Assembly (NCBI GenBank): GCA_041177485.1
Contig: JBEDBC010000029.1
Coordinates: forward strand, 1 to 37,764
Origin: Candidatus Parcubacteria bacterium
Lineage (GTDB): Bacteria > Patescibacteriota > Minisyncoccia > SW-4-49-11
Length of the DNA: 37,764 nt
Direction of reading: 5' to 3'
The number at the start of each line of letters is the position of its first letter. Within the stretch, counting starts at the first letter, position 1. Made by a program: the position numbers and the translations under genes. A model generated the notes under the pieces. That model was not told the origin of the DNA and did no database searches. It saw only the letters and a list, made by a program, of their open reading frames with translations. Of the stretch, positions 1 through 9,157 are shown in pieces.

Positions 1-132
1 ATCTTGGGCCATGCCTAGCTGTCTAGTTGGGTTAATTGCAACCAATACAATAGAGGCAAGGAGACCTATCAAGGCTGTTGCTAATAAAATTTCTAGGAGA
101 GTGAATCCTTTATAATTTTTAAAATTTTTCAT
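1..132 (-). CDS. type IV pilin / pseudopilin-like protein, N-terminal 44 codons only (gene runs off the window)
   Basis: Own translation of the minus strand from ATG at 132..130: MKNFKNYKGFTLLEILLATALIGLLASIVLVAINPTRQLGMAQD. KGFTLLE plus a hydrophobic helix is the prepilin cleavage/N-methylation motif. Absent from the ORF track because it is truncated. Confidence 0.7.
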   Translation of the reverse strand, partial: MKNFKNYKGFTLLEILLATALIGLLASIVLVAINPTRQLGMAQD

Positions 133-158
133 ATTTATATAATATTTTATATAGATTT

Positions 159-188
159 ACTGTATCATGTTTGACTTATATATGTCAA
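159..188 (-). promoter_or_regulatory. candidate sigma70-type promoter of the pilin gene, overlapping a TTTGAC-N8-GTCAAA palindrome (170..189)
   Basis: Minus strand reads TTGACA (188..183), an 18-nt spacer, then TACAGT (164..159). The -35 box is one arm of a perfect 6-bp inverted repeat, so it may also be an operator. Confidence 0.35.
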
Positions 189-194
189 ATTGAT

Positions 195-1175
195 TTATAA
201 ATTCAAACCTACTAGATCGGCTACTTTTTTCATAGTATTAGTGGCTATAAAGTTGGAATCTTTAGCTCCTTTAGCTAAGATTTCAGCTACATATTCTGGG
301 TTTTGCTCGAATTCTTGTCTACGCGTTCGCATTGGTTGGAAAAATTCCAGAATTGCCTCAGCTAATATTTCTTTAGCTTCTTTATAGGAAATTCTTCCCT
401 CTCTATACCTACTCTCCATAATTGCTAAGTTCTCTGGAGTGACTAGCAATCTATAAATTGACATTATATTACAGGTGTCTGGATCTTTGGGTTCATTGGG
501 AGCTTTAGAGTCGGTGGTAATTTTCATAACTTTAGCTCGAATTGAGTCTGCTGACTCAAAAATTTCAATTGTATTTTTGTAAGATTTGCTCATTTTCCTT
601 CCATCAAGTCCTTTGACTATGGCTGTATTTTCTTGGATATATGGTTTTGGAATGGTAAAAAATTGACCATATTGAGAGTTAAATTTTTTAGCTATAGTCT
701 GGGCAATCTCTAAATGTTGCTTTTGATCTTGTCCAACTGGGACTAAGTTAGAATTATATAAAAGTATATCTGCAGCCATAAGCACTGGATAGTCAAACAA
801 TCCCATATTAGCTTCTTTACCATTAGCTACTGCATCTTTATAGGCATGAGACCTCTCCAAATAGGCTACCGTGATTAGATTATTGAATATCCAAGTGAGT
901 TCAGTTAAGGCTTTGATATCGGATTGCAAAAAGATAGATGTTTTATTAAGGTCAAGTCCTAAGGATAAATAATCTAGGGCTATATCATAGGTGTATTCCC
1001 GCAAAGTTTTGGCGTCTTTGATACTATTAAGGGCGTGTAGGTTAGCTATAAATACGAGAACTTTATCAAAATCTGATTGCTGTGATAACTCTAACAATGG
1101 TTGCATAGAACCAAAATAGTTACCAATATGCAATTTACCGGTTGGTTTGATTCCAGTAAGACAAATAGTGTTCAT
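195..1175 (-). CDS. trpS: tryptophan--tRNA ligase
   Basis: 326 aa. N-terminal class I HIGH-type motif (TGKLHIGNYFG), KMSKS present verbatim (GRKMSKSYKN), and a length typical of bacterial TrpRS. Confidence 0.9.
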   Translation of the reverse strand: MNTICLTGIKPTGKLHIGNYFGSMQPLLELSQQSDFDKVLVFIANLHALNSIKDAKTLREYTYDIALDYLSLGLDLNKTSIFLQSDIKALTELTWIFNNLITVAYLERSHAYKDAVANGKEANMGLFDYPVLMAADILLYNSNLVPVGQDQKQHLEIAQTIAKKFNSQYGQFFTIPKPYIQENTAIVKGLDGRKMSKSYKNTIEIFESADSIRAKVMKITTDSKAPNEPKDPDTCNIMSIYRLLVTPENLAIMESRYREGRISYKEAKEILAEAILEFFQPMRTRRQEFEQNPEYVAEILAKGAKDSNFIATNTMKKVADLVGLNL

Positions 1176-1193
1176 AAAAACTTATAATTTAAT

Positions 1194-3617
1194 TTATTCT
1201 AACATACTATGGGTTCGATTCTCAATATCCGCTCTAACTTCTGCAACTGGTTTGGAGTAACGCTGCCTTGACTGAGTAATTACTCTTTGTTGTAGATATG
1301 CATCTGTCCTATCGGCAAAAATAACTTCCATATTAAAGGCTTTACTAGTCTTACCATTAATCATCAGGGTTATAACTGACTTCAAGTTATCTACTAATAC
1401 TAGGTCCTCAGCAGTATAATATGGTTGCATTCTCTGAGCTATTACCTCAGCATCATCCGAGCTTATACGGAAGCTAACTACTGTTCCAACATTTCCAAAG
1501 ACGGCATTGCGAATTCCATCAGATAATTGTCCTATATACTGATGAGCTAGAATTAGACATAATCTATATTTACGAGCTTCAGATAATATAGTAGAGATGC
1601 TATCTGTGGTAAAATTCTGAAACTCATCTAGATACAGATAAAAGTCTCGCCTTTGCTCTTCTGGGATTTCATTTCTCTTGAAAGCTGCCATTTGTAATTT
1701 GGAAACCAATAACATACCTAATAGATTACTATTCTGTTCCCCTAGACCACCTTTGGATAAATTTCCAATCAAAATTTTACCAGAATTCATAATATCTTGG
1801 AAGTCAAAAGATGAACGTGGCTGTCCAATTATGTTTCTGACCATTTCGTTTTCAATAAATCTACCTAATTTACTTAATAGATAACCAAGAGTATCCCCTG
1901 CTTGGGAACCTTTTTGGGTAGCTGGGAATTCCTTTTCCCAAAAATGCCTTATTACTGGATCATCAACTGTAAGTAAAACTTCTCGACGAAAAGCCTCATC
2001 AGTAAACATCAAAGGTATCTCTACTAAGGTTCTTGGGTTATTCACATCTGACATCAAGGCTGCCATTGCCATTCTCATATTATGTTCAAAAATTGGACCA
2101 ATCATACTAGGGTCCGAGACTAATTTATAAAAAATAGAAATCATTTCTTGAATCAAAAAGTCCTTCTCCTCATGGGTTCTAGCTTCTAGAATATTAAGTC
2201 CCATAGGGTAATTAGTGTCCGCTGGATTAAAATAAATTACATCATCCATACGGTGTGGAGGGATCATGCCTAAAACTTCAACCGCAAAGTCTCCATTGGG
2301 ATCAAGCAAAGCCAAGCCATGACCTGCCTGTAAATCCTCCTGAATCATTTTTTTCATCAAAGAGCTTTTACCTGTACCAGTCTGTCCTATTAAGTACATA
2401 TGACGACGCCTATCTTCAGCTTTAATTCTAACTTCTGACTCTTCTCCACGGTATACATTTTTACCTATCAAAAGTCCTTCTTTTGGCAAATCAACTGGAG
2501 GATGAGATGTCTTAGATGTGATCCAAGTAACTTTAGGGGTCTCTACCCCTACTGATGGGATATGATAAATACTAGTCAATTCTTCTGAGTTCAATAGCAT
2601 TGATTCTCTCTCAGAAAATAGTCTAAATATAAATGTATATATAAACTGTTTGATACTACTTAATGGATATTTTACCACCTTAAATTCATTCAGATCACCA
2701 TTGGCAAATTGAGCAAAAGCACCTTCTAATTGGTCGAATAATACATCAGCTCTCTGTTTATCTCTGGATATTGTTAATAATCTAATATTGGTGGCATAGG
2801 CAACCTTGGCAGTTTTTTGACTAATTTTTTCCATCATCAGAGACTCTTGTGGGAGCAATACTTTTGGCTCATTATCTTGTGTATTTTTATATTTAGTAGC
2901 CTCACCTAAAGTTTTGATAAATTGCTTATCTATACCTCCAAAAACATCATTATATGAATCCTTAAATGACTCACCTTTTTGCATTTTTTTTACCACTTTT
3001 TTACCGTTGTCACTCCAATTATCCGAGACCCTTTGAATAAGAATCTGTACCACCGCACTTTCATCTTCTTGGATTTTTGATAAAGCAGATGTAATGACGT
3101 TGAGAGGATTAGATTCCAACTCTTTATAAGTTCTGATTGGTAATATATAAGGTTTTTTTAATTTTAAGTAACCAGCCCTGATTTCTGCTCCTGGGACTAA
3201 TACATTATAATCTTGTATTCTTTTTAGCTCTGCCTCTGGATAAACTCCATGGATTTGCTTTTCAAAGATAGATTCATAACCTTTGGGTACACCTATATAA
3301 AAATTAATCTCATCTCTTTCGGTAGGACTCACAATTTCAAGCGATATATATGGGTTACCGTATCTAATTTTATTCAACCAACTCTCTAACTTTAGATAAG
3401 AAAAACCAGCATATACCTGTTCCATAATACTAATCAGGTCCTTCACATTAGCTTCCGGACTTGGTAAGTTACGAGGAACTACAATCTGATATTGAGTCAT
3501 AGACAATCCCCTATTAATTCTGCGCTTTTCCCAAAAAGGTTGGATAATAACTGTGGTAATAATGAATACCATAGCAGAGGCCCATATTATGAGAACAACA
3601 TATAAAAAGACTGTCAT
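1194..3617 (-). CDS. membrane-anchored P-loop ATPase of the VirD4/TraD/HerA-FtsK superfamily (coupling-protein-like)
   Basis: 807 aa. N-terminal TM helix, an approximately 370-aa domain of unknown function, then Walker A (GQTGTGKSS) and Walker B-like (FYLYLDEFQNF). C-terminal half resembles T4SS coupling proteins / DUF87 ATPases. Confidence 0.6.
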   Translation of the reverse strand: MTVFLYVVLIIWASAMVFIITTVIIQPFWEKRRINRGLSMTQYQIVVPRNLPSPEANVKDLISIMEQVYAGFSYLKLESWLNKIRYGNPYISLEIVSPTERDEINFYIGVPKGYESIFEKQIHGVYPEAELKRIQDYNVLVPGAEIRAGYLKLKKPYILPIRTYKELESNPLNVITSALSKIQEDESAVVQILIQRVSDNWSDNGKKVVKKMQKGESFKDSYNDVFGGIDKQFIKTLGEATKYKNTQDNEPKVLLPQESLMMEKISQKTAKVAYATNIRLLTISRDKQRADVLFDQLEGAFAQFANGDLNEFKVVKYPLSSIKQFIYTFIFRLFSERESMLLNSEELTSIYHIPSVGVETPKVTWITSKTSHPPVDLPKEGLLIGKNVYRGEESEVRIKAEDRRRHMYLIGQTGTGKSSLMKKMIQEDLQAGHGLALLDPNGDFAVEVLGMIPPHRMDDVIYFNPADTNYPMGLNILEARTHEEKDFLIQEMISIFYKLVSDPSMIGPIFEHNMRMAMAALMSDVNNPRTLVEIPLMFTDEAFRREVLLTVDDPVIRHFWEKEFPATQKGSQAGDTLGYLLSKLGRFIENEMVRNIIGQPRSSFDFQDIMNSGKILIGNLSKGGLGEQNSNLLGMLLVSKLQMAAFKRNEIPEEQRRDFYLYLDEFQNFTTDSISTILSEARKYRLCLILAHQYIGQLSDGIRNAVFGNVGTVVSFRISSDDAEVIAQRMQPYYTAEDLVLVDNLKSVITLMINGKTSKAFNMEVIFADRTDAYLQQRVITQSRQRYSKPVAEVRADIENRTHSMLE

Positions 3618-3635
3618 ATTGATTAATATTAATTT

Positions 3636-4106
3636 TTATTTATCATGCACATCAGGCAATAAGCCTTCCTGAACCAAAGTGGGATAGATTTGACTTAAGC
3701 TTTCCTCTAGTCTGTCTAGAGCCACATAATCTTCTATTGCTAAAAAAGCATGAATTACGTCCAAAAGATCTTTTCCCTTGGTTGTGATGAGCTTTACAGA
3801 AACCTCAACTCTATGTTCTTCTGGAATAGAGATTAGCCACCCATATTTTTCTTGTAATTTAGGTGATAGTACCTTTGTGGGATAATTATTTTGATAGAAA
3901 TTTTTCTGCACTTCCACTACCTGCCTAATATGTTGCTCCGCTTGAGAATATGACCCTTGCTCTACTGATGGCTGCTCTAATGGTTGCTTATAATTTTCTA
4001 TGTTTCTAGGCGTTTCAAAGCCTCTATCTATATTGTTATTTTCTATATTAGGCTGAGGTCGCTCTATAGTGGTGGAGTTTTCTGAATTATTGTGTATTTC
4101 TGGCAT
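3636..4106 (-). CDS. hypothetical protein (N-terminal low-complexity N/E/Q-rich region plus a C-terminal globular part)
   Basis: 156-aa ORF lying 18 nt upstream of the ATPase gene in the same operon. I recognise no family. Confidence 0.5.
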   Translation of the reverse strand: MPEIHNNSENSTTIERPQPNIENNNIDRGFETPRNIENYKQPLEQPSVEQGSYSQAEQHIRQVVEVQKNFYQNNYPTKVLSPKLQEKYGWLISIPEEHRVEVSVKLITTKGKDLLDVIHAFLAIEDYVALDRLEESLSQIYPTLVQEGLLPDVHDK

Positions 4107-4115
4107 ATATGTTGT

Positions 4116-5912
4116 TTAATATTTATCATTATAATATATGAGTATGGAATTACCTATAATATAATCTGGTCGCTGCCAACCTATCCACCAATACTCTTGA
4201 TAGTTAGGGTCTAATTTCTTTTTATAAAAAGAGTCCTGGAACATTGTAGCGCTAATTGCTGTATAACCGATTTTAGGGCCGTCATTTGATTTTATCGGGA
4301 TAAGATTGACATCTGGCAAATAATATTGGATATCAGCTGTACCAAAATAATCTATATATAGTGTATCAATATTTTTTTGTTTAGTCCAATTATTTAATCG
4401 TTTTAGGTCTTGTCCCCAATCTAGGTTAGAATCAGTGAATATTTGATAACCTTGATTTTGTCCAGCCAAAATATTGAGATATGATATATAGTTTGGATAA
4501 GCTATTAAAGAGGATCCAAGATACCAAATACCAAAAATTGATAATATTAGATTGGAAAACTTCAATGGAACCAAAAACCTTACAATTCCAATAGCTATCA
4601 AAATATAAGTTAAAATAACCGCTGGTAAAATATGTCTTATGCCCAAATTGAGATTTCCCCTCATACTTACTACCCAATATAATAGAACCATTAATATCAA
4701 GTTAATCTCATACGGATATTTTAATACGAATCCAAAGTCTAGCTTATAGGATTTAGTGTTTATAATTCTTGTGACACCTAGTATTATGATGGCGATAAAA
4801 ACGACAAATAGAGTTAGAGTAATTACTAGATGCTCTTTTAATAGATAAGTTAGTGGGAAATATTCAATAAAACTTTGATTAGTAAATTCACCTATCAAGA
4901 AAGTTGTATTTCCACCTCCTACTCTTTGAATGACCATAGCCTGACCTAACAAATACTGCCCAATATACTGTAGTCCCGGAGTTTGAATGATATTAGACAA
5001 GCTCTGTTTAGTAATTTGTGAGATTTGATTATCTTGAGGAAAAGAATCTTCTACTAATAGCAGCTGAGTGCCCACAGACATATTGCGCATAGCTATAAAG
5101 TATACTATATTTATTATCAAAATAACTCCCAAAGATACCAATATATAATCTTTGACTAATTTAAAACTATTAATGAATAATTTTTCGGTTTTCCAATATT
5201 TTGTAGCAACATATATAATTCCAGTTAGCCCTAAAACTGGGATTAGAAGAATAGTTGAAAACTTTGATAAAAATGCAAATCCTAAAGCTAATGTCAAAAA
5301 TAATATATTCTTTTTATTGGGAGATTTAAGATATCTAACCCATATATCAATTACAATCAAAAATGACAAACTAGCAACTAAATCAGTAGTCACTAACCTA
5401 CCATGAGCTATCACATTAGGAGAGAAGGCATACAATACAAGTGAAATAATAGCTATAGCCTTATTTTTTGTATGATAATTTACTGAGTACGCAATATAAA
5501 TTGCACCCAGTAATAAAATAAATATAGTTGGAAGTCTAGCCCACCAAATAATAGTATTAGCGTCATTACCTGCATTAAACAGAAAGGCGTACCCTATATC
5601 CCACTGTGCGTTCACTTTTTCATTCCAAGCTGATATGTTATCTGGGAACACAACCTCAAAGCCTGTAATTTTACTTCCGGCCCAAATAGAAGCTCCGGAT
5701 AAAAGCTTTAACAAAGGTGGATGCTCCGGGTTCAGTCTATAATCACCTTTAGACACATAAGAATAACCAGACGCTATATGAGGACTTTCATCCACGGTAA
5801 GAGAGTCCCCATAACTAGAAGTAAAAGCTACATATCCTAAAATAACTACAATCAAAAAGGTCACCACCCAAAGTGGCAGTTTGTTGTATAAATCTACAAT
5901 TCTTTTATACAT
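4116..5912 (-). CDS. GT39/ArnT-like (PMT_2) phospholipid-carrier-dependent glycosyltransferase, polytopic membrane protein
   Basis: 598 aa with more than 10 predicted TM helices. Has the N-terminal loop typical of GT-C/PMT_2 enzymes (DESPHIASGYSY...EHPPLLKLL) and a soluble C-terminal domain. Confidence 0.7.
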   Translation of the reverse strand: MYKRIVDLYNKLPLWVVTFLIVVILGYVAFTSSYGDSLTVDESPHIASGYSYVSKGDYRLNPEHPPLLKLLSGASIWAGSKITGFEVVFPDNISAWNEKVNAQWDIGYAFLFNAGNDANTIIWWARLPTIFILLLGAIYIAYSVNYHTKNKAIAIISLVLYAFSPNVIAHGRLVTTDLVASLSFLIVIDIWVRYLKSPNKKNILFLTLALGFAFLSKFSTILLIPVLGLTGIIYVATKYWKTEKLFINSFKLVKDYILVSLGVILIINIVYFIAMRNMSVGTQLLLVEDSFPQDNQISQITKQSLSNIIQTPGLQYIGQYLLGQAMVIQRVGGGNTTFLIGEFTNQSFIEYFPLTYLLKEHLVITLTLFVVFIAIIILGVTRIINTKSYKLDFGFVLKYPYEINLILMVLLYWVVSMRGNLNLGIRHILPAVILTYILIAIGIVRFLVPLKFSNLILSIFGIWYLGSSLIAYPNYISYLNILAGQNQGYQIFTDSNLDWGQDLKRLNNWTKQKNIDTLYIDYFGTADIQYYLPDVNLIPIKSNDGPKIGYTAISATMFQDSFYKKKLDPNYQEYWWIGWQRPDYIIGNSILIYYNDKY

Positions 5913-5915
5913 ATA

Positions 5916-6731
5916 TTATTTAAACTTATAGTAAACTCTATCTTTAATTCTCAAATCTATATACTCTAACCTAGATCTTTGATCTGGATTGAGCTGTGAT
6001 TTGAATACTTGTTTGAGCACCTCTACCTGATATAAAACGTCTGTATCTAAATCTAGCATAATATAATATCCCTGTTCTGTATAGACAAAGACCCTCACTA
6101 TAAAGTCTCCAGATTTCTGTTGAACTGCAATCTCGGAAATCTTAATCTCTTCTATTTTACTATATTCTTGCAAGATTGTCTTGATCCACTGAGCTTCTCT
6201 CGGAGACATGATGCTATCTCCTTTTGCCTTCAGAGTTAATCCACTGAGTCGGGCGATAGGATCAGGCTCTAATCTCAACCCAATATTGAGACCATCTTCA
6301 CTAATATTATAACAATTTTCATTCTCACACATAGTTAGTAATATTGTTCTAAAGCTAATTTCAAGATCTAATTCACGATTCAAGCTACGCTTTATAATAA
6401 TGCTTTTTATTTGAGGGAACTCTTTGAGTAAATATTGTTCTAATTTATCTGCACGCAATAAAAATATATTTTTATTATTATACCACCAATAATTTTGACT
6501 GTTGATTAAATCCTCAGATTTAGACTTAATTTCACGTTTTAAATTTTCATCTTCTACCCTGACATTAATCTCCACCAAATCTAAAACCGGGGAATAAGCT
6601 AAGTAAACAATACCAGCCATGAGAGCTAATATAACTATAATCTGTAAAAATAGAAGCAATCTATTCGGCTTAGATTTTGCTGGTTTGGATTTATATCGTC
6701 CATAAGTTTTGGGAATATAAGACTTTTTCAT
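5916..6731 (-). CDS. FtsQ-like cell-division protein (TM anchor plus POTRA-type domain)
   Basis: 271 aa. Basic N-terminus, a single TM helix, then a POTRA_FtsQ-like pattern (NIFLLRADKLEQYLLKEFPQIKSIIIKRSLNRELDLEISFR). Confidence 0.5.
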   Translation of the reverse strand: MKKSYIPKTYGRYKSKPAKSKPNRLLLFLQIIVILALMAGIVYLAYSPVLDLVEINVRVEDENLKREIKSKSEDLINSQNYWWYNNKNIFLLRADKLEQYLLKEFPQIKSIIIKRSLNRELDLEISFRTILLTMCENENCYNISEDGLNIGLRLEPDPIARLSGLTLKAKGDSIMSPREAQWIKTILQEYSKIEEIKISEIAVQQKSGDFIVRVFVYTEQGYYIMLDLDTDVLYQVEVLKQVFKSQLNPDQRSRLEYIDLRIKDRVYYKFK

Positions 6732-7120
6732 AAGGCATTACATCCTGAAGCTAAAGTCAAACCCTTAGCTTCCGCTTCTTCTTTAGTGTTAAAATAAATT
6801 TTATTCTCAGCTTTTATTCTATTTACCCCGCCACAGTGAGAGTAATAATAGCGTTTTCCGTTTTTACTAGCTATAATTTTAGCATTTACCTTCTGTTCTT
6901 CTTTTTCAGTTAAGGACTCTTGTGGCTTTGGAGTTTCTAGAACATTGTTAGAATTAAGACTTGATTTTATAGCTACAGCATCTGGATAAATAATTTGTAT
7001 TTCAGATTTTTTAGCATCATTAGACTGAACACTCCCTATAAAATAAGTACTCCCACCTATTAAAATAGCTGATAAAATCATCATGGGCACCTCTATTTGC
7101 TTGACAAATTTATGTTTCAT
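6728..7120 (-). CDS. membrane-anchored protein with a C-terminal Ada-like/'sunset' Cys motif domain
   Basis: 130 aa. N-terminal TM helix. C-terminus [37 protein letters not shown] resembles the YH-x-C...I...N...F-x-S-x-x-EA...G-x-x-x-C metal-binding module. 4-nt ATGA overlap with the FtsQ-like gene. Confidence 0.45.
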   Translation of the reverse strand: MKHKFVKQIEVPMMILSAILIGGSTYFIGSVQSNDAKKSEIQIIYPDAVAIKSSLNSNNVLETPKPQESLTEKEEQKVNAKIIASKNGKRYYYSHCGGVNRIKAENKIYFNTKEEAEAKGLTLASGCNAL

Positions 7121-7129
7121 ATGTATTAT
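7101..7129 (+). promoter_or_regulatory. rpmA promoter
   Basis: TTGACA (7101..7106), 17-nt spacer, TATTAT (7124..7129). About 28 nt upstream of the rpmA ATG. Confidence 0.55.
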
Positions 7130-7157
7130 TATATCATATATAGTAATATTTTTCGAT

Positions 7158-7430
7158 ATGGCACATAGAAAAGCTGGTGGTTCTACCGCATTAGGAAGAG
7201 ATTCTCATCCAAAATACCTTGGAGTCAAGCTATATGCTGGACAAAAAGTTGAAAAGGGACAGATTATAATTCGTCAAAGAGGAACTAAATTCCATCCTGG
7301 GAAAAATGTAGCCCGTGGAGCAGACGACACACTATACTCAATTGCAAATGGAGTTGTTGAGTTTAAGAACACTAAAAAGACTGCATTCACAGGAAAAAGA
7401 AAGATTGTAAAAACCGTTTCAGTAGTATAA
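7158..7430 (+). CDS. rpmA: 50S ribosomal protein L27
   Basis: [24 protein letters not shown]... is the canonical L27 N-terminus. The track ORF (7083..) carries a spurious 25-codon hydrophobic extension, so I trimmed the start to ATG 7158. Confidence 0.95.
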   Translation: MAHRKAGGSTALGRDSHPKYLGVKLYAGQKVEKGQIIIRQRGTKFHPGKNVARGADDTLYSIANGVVEFKNTKKTAFTGKRKIVKTVSVV

Positions 7431-7459
7431 ATTTACATTTAAACTAACACTACTCAAAA

Positions 7460-7482
7460 GACCCCAACAAAGGGGTTTTTTG
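7460..7482 (+). terminator. rho-independent terminator after rpmA
   Basis: ACCCC-aacaaa-GGGGT hairpin followed by TTTTTT. Confidence 0.6.
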
Positions 7483-7532
7483 ATATTTCAAATGTATGAT
7501 ATAATAAAAATACTATAATAAAATATATAAAA

Positions 7533-9152
7533 ATGAATTATACACCAAAAACAGCTTATATCTGCATGGAATTTGGATTATCTGATGATATCAAATTATA
7601 TACTGGAGGACTTGGTATCTTAGCTGGAGACACTATAAAAAGTTTTGCTGATTTAGGTCTTCCCGTTGTGGGTGTAGGTATATTATACAAACACGGCTAT
7701 TTAGACCAAACTTTAGATATAGAACAAGGACAAATTTCAAAACCCCAGGAATGGGATTACTCCAATAAGATTAATCTAATAGGAAAAACTACCATACCAC
7801 TTGCCAATGAAACAGTATCTGTAAATATATGGGAATATATTTATACATCATCAATATCTAATAAATCAGTATCTATTATTTTACTAGACACTGATTTACC
7901 AGAAAATTCAGCTGATTTCAGAGCAGTCTCGGATAAAGTTTACGCACCTGAGCCTGAAATATTCAGAAGACAGCTAATAGTTCTAGGGCTTGGAAGTAAA
8001 TATGCTCTAGATAGCCTTGGGTGTAAAGAAATTAACACATTTCACCTTAATGAAAGCCATAGTGCTCTGATATCATTAGTAATCGACCATCCGTCTTCTC
8101 AGGTAGTATTTACAACACATACCCCACTATTAGGCGGACATACTCGACTACCCATAGATTGGCTCAAGAATATCTGTACTGAAAAACAAGTACAAAACCT
8201 GCCCAAGGAATCCTTTGAAGACGAGCAAACCATTAACTTAACTAGACTAGCTTTAACCTTAGCAGATTACTCCAATGCAGTTTCATCGAAGCATCAAGAG
8301 GTCTCGCAAGCTATGTTCCCAGATCATAAGATAGACTATATAACCAACGGAATTCATAGTCCGACTTGGGTTTCTCAATCTATAGACCAAGTGCTACAGA
8401 ATTACTTCTCAGGGTGGAAAATGCATCCAGAGATCTTAAGATATATAGAGGGCATTCCTACCAGCGACATTCGCAAAGCTCACCAGGTAAATAAAGACAA
8501 TCTAGCTAATTACTTAAAAGAACAAGAAAATATTGATTTCTTACCAGATGCATTTACAATTGGATTTGCTAGACGTGCCACTGAATACAAAAGAGCAAAC
8601 CTAATATTCTCAGATATTGAAAGATTATCTAAACTTGCTGAAAAATATAAAGGAATTAATATCATATTCGCTGGAAAAGCCTATCATACTGACCTTGTAG
8701 GGTTTGATATAATTAAAAGAATCCTCAATACCGCAAAAGAGCACAACAACCAATACCTCAAAATAATTTACCTGCCAAACTATAGTATGGAAATGTCCAA
8801 ATTACTAATCAGTGGTGTAGATGTGTGGCTAAATACACCCCGAATTTCCTATGAAGCTTCTGGTACAAGTGGGATGAAGGCTTCTCTTAATGGAGTACTT
8901 AATATTTCCACCTATGATGGATGGTGGCCAGAAAGCGGAATTCATAACATAAATGGTTGGACAATATCAGGCCACGATGAATATCAAGAGATCAATAGTA
9001 TGTATGACAATATAGACAATGCCATGAACACCTTTTATAACAATAGAGAAAAGTTTACAAAAATGCAAAGGTCAGCCATATCATTAATCGGGAGCTACTA
9101 TAACACCCATCGTATGGTCTTAGAATATATAAGAAAGGGTTACAAAAGCTAA
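7533..9152 (+). CDS. glgP: alpha-glucan (glycogen/maltodextrin) phosphorylase, short GT35 form
   Basis: 539 aa. N-terminus YICMEFGL...GGLGILAGD and the PLP-lysine motif EASGTSGMKASLNG are diagnostic of the alpha-glucan phosphorylase family. Confidence 0.85.
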   Translation: MNYTPKTAYICMEFGLSDDIKLYTGGLGILAGDTIKSFADLGLPVVGVGILYKHGYLDQTLDIEQGQISKPQEWDYSNKINLIGKTTIPLANETVSVNIWEYIYTSSISNKSVSIILLDTDLPENSADFRAVSDKVYAPEPEIFRRQLIVLGLGSKYALDSLGCKEINTFHLNESHSALISLVIDHPSSQVVFTTHTPLLGGHTRLPIDWLKNICTEKQVQNLPKESFEDEQTINLTRLALTLADYSNAVSSKHQEVSQAMFPDHKIDYITNGIHSPTWVSQSIDQVLQNYFSGWKMHPEILRYIEGIPTSDIRKAHQVNKDNLANYLKEQENIDFLPDAFTIGFARRATEYKRANLIFSDIERLSKLAEKYKGINIIFAGKAYHTDLVGFDIIKRILNTAKEHNNQYLKIIYLPNYSMEMSKLLISGVDVWLNTPRISYEASGTSGMKASLNGVLNISTYDGWWPESGIHNINGWTISGHDEYQEINSMYDNIDNAMNTFYNNREKFTKMQRSAISLIGSYYNTHRMVLEYIRKGYKS

Positions 9153-9157
9153 ATAAC

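Noticed and set aside
190-387. 65-aa plus-strand ORF at the trpS 3' end.
   Set aside because: It is antisense to the well-supported trpS coding sequence.
7083-7157. 25-codon N-terminal extension of L27 in the track ORF.
   Set aside because: L27 universally begins MAHKKAGGS-like. The extension is hydrophobic, overlaps the divergent gene, and precedes a good promoter at 7101..7129.
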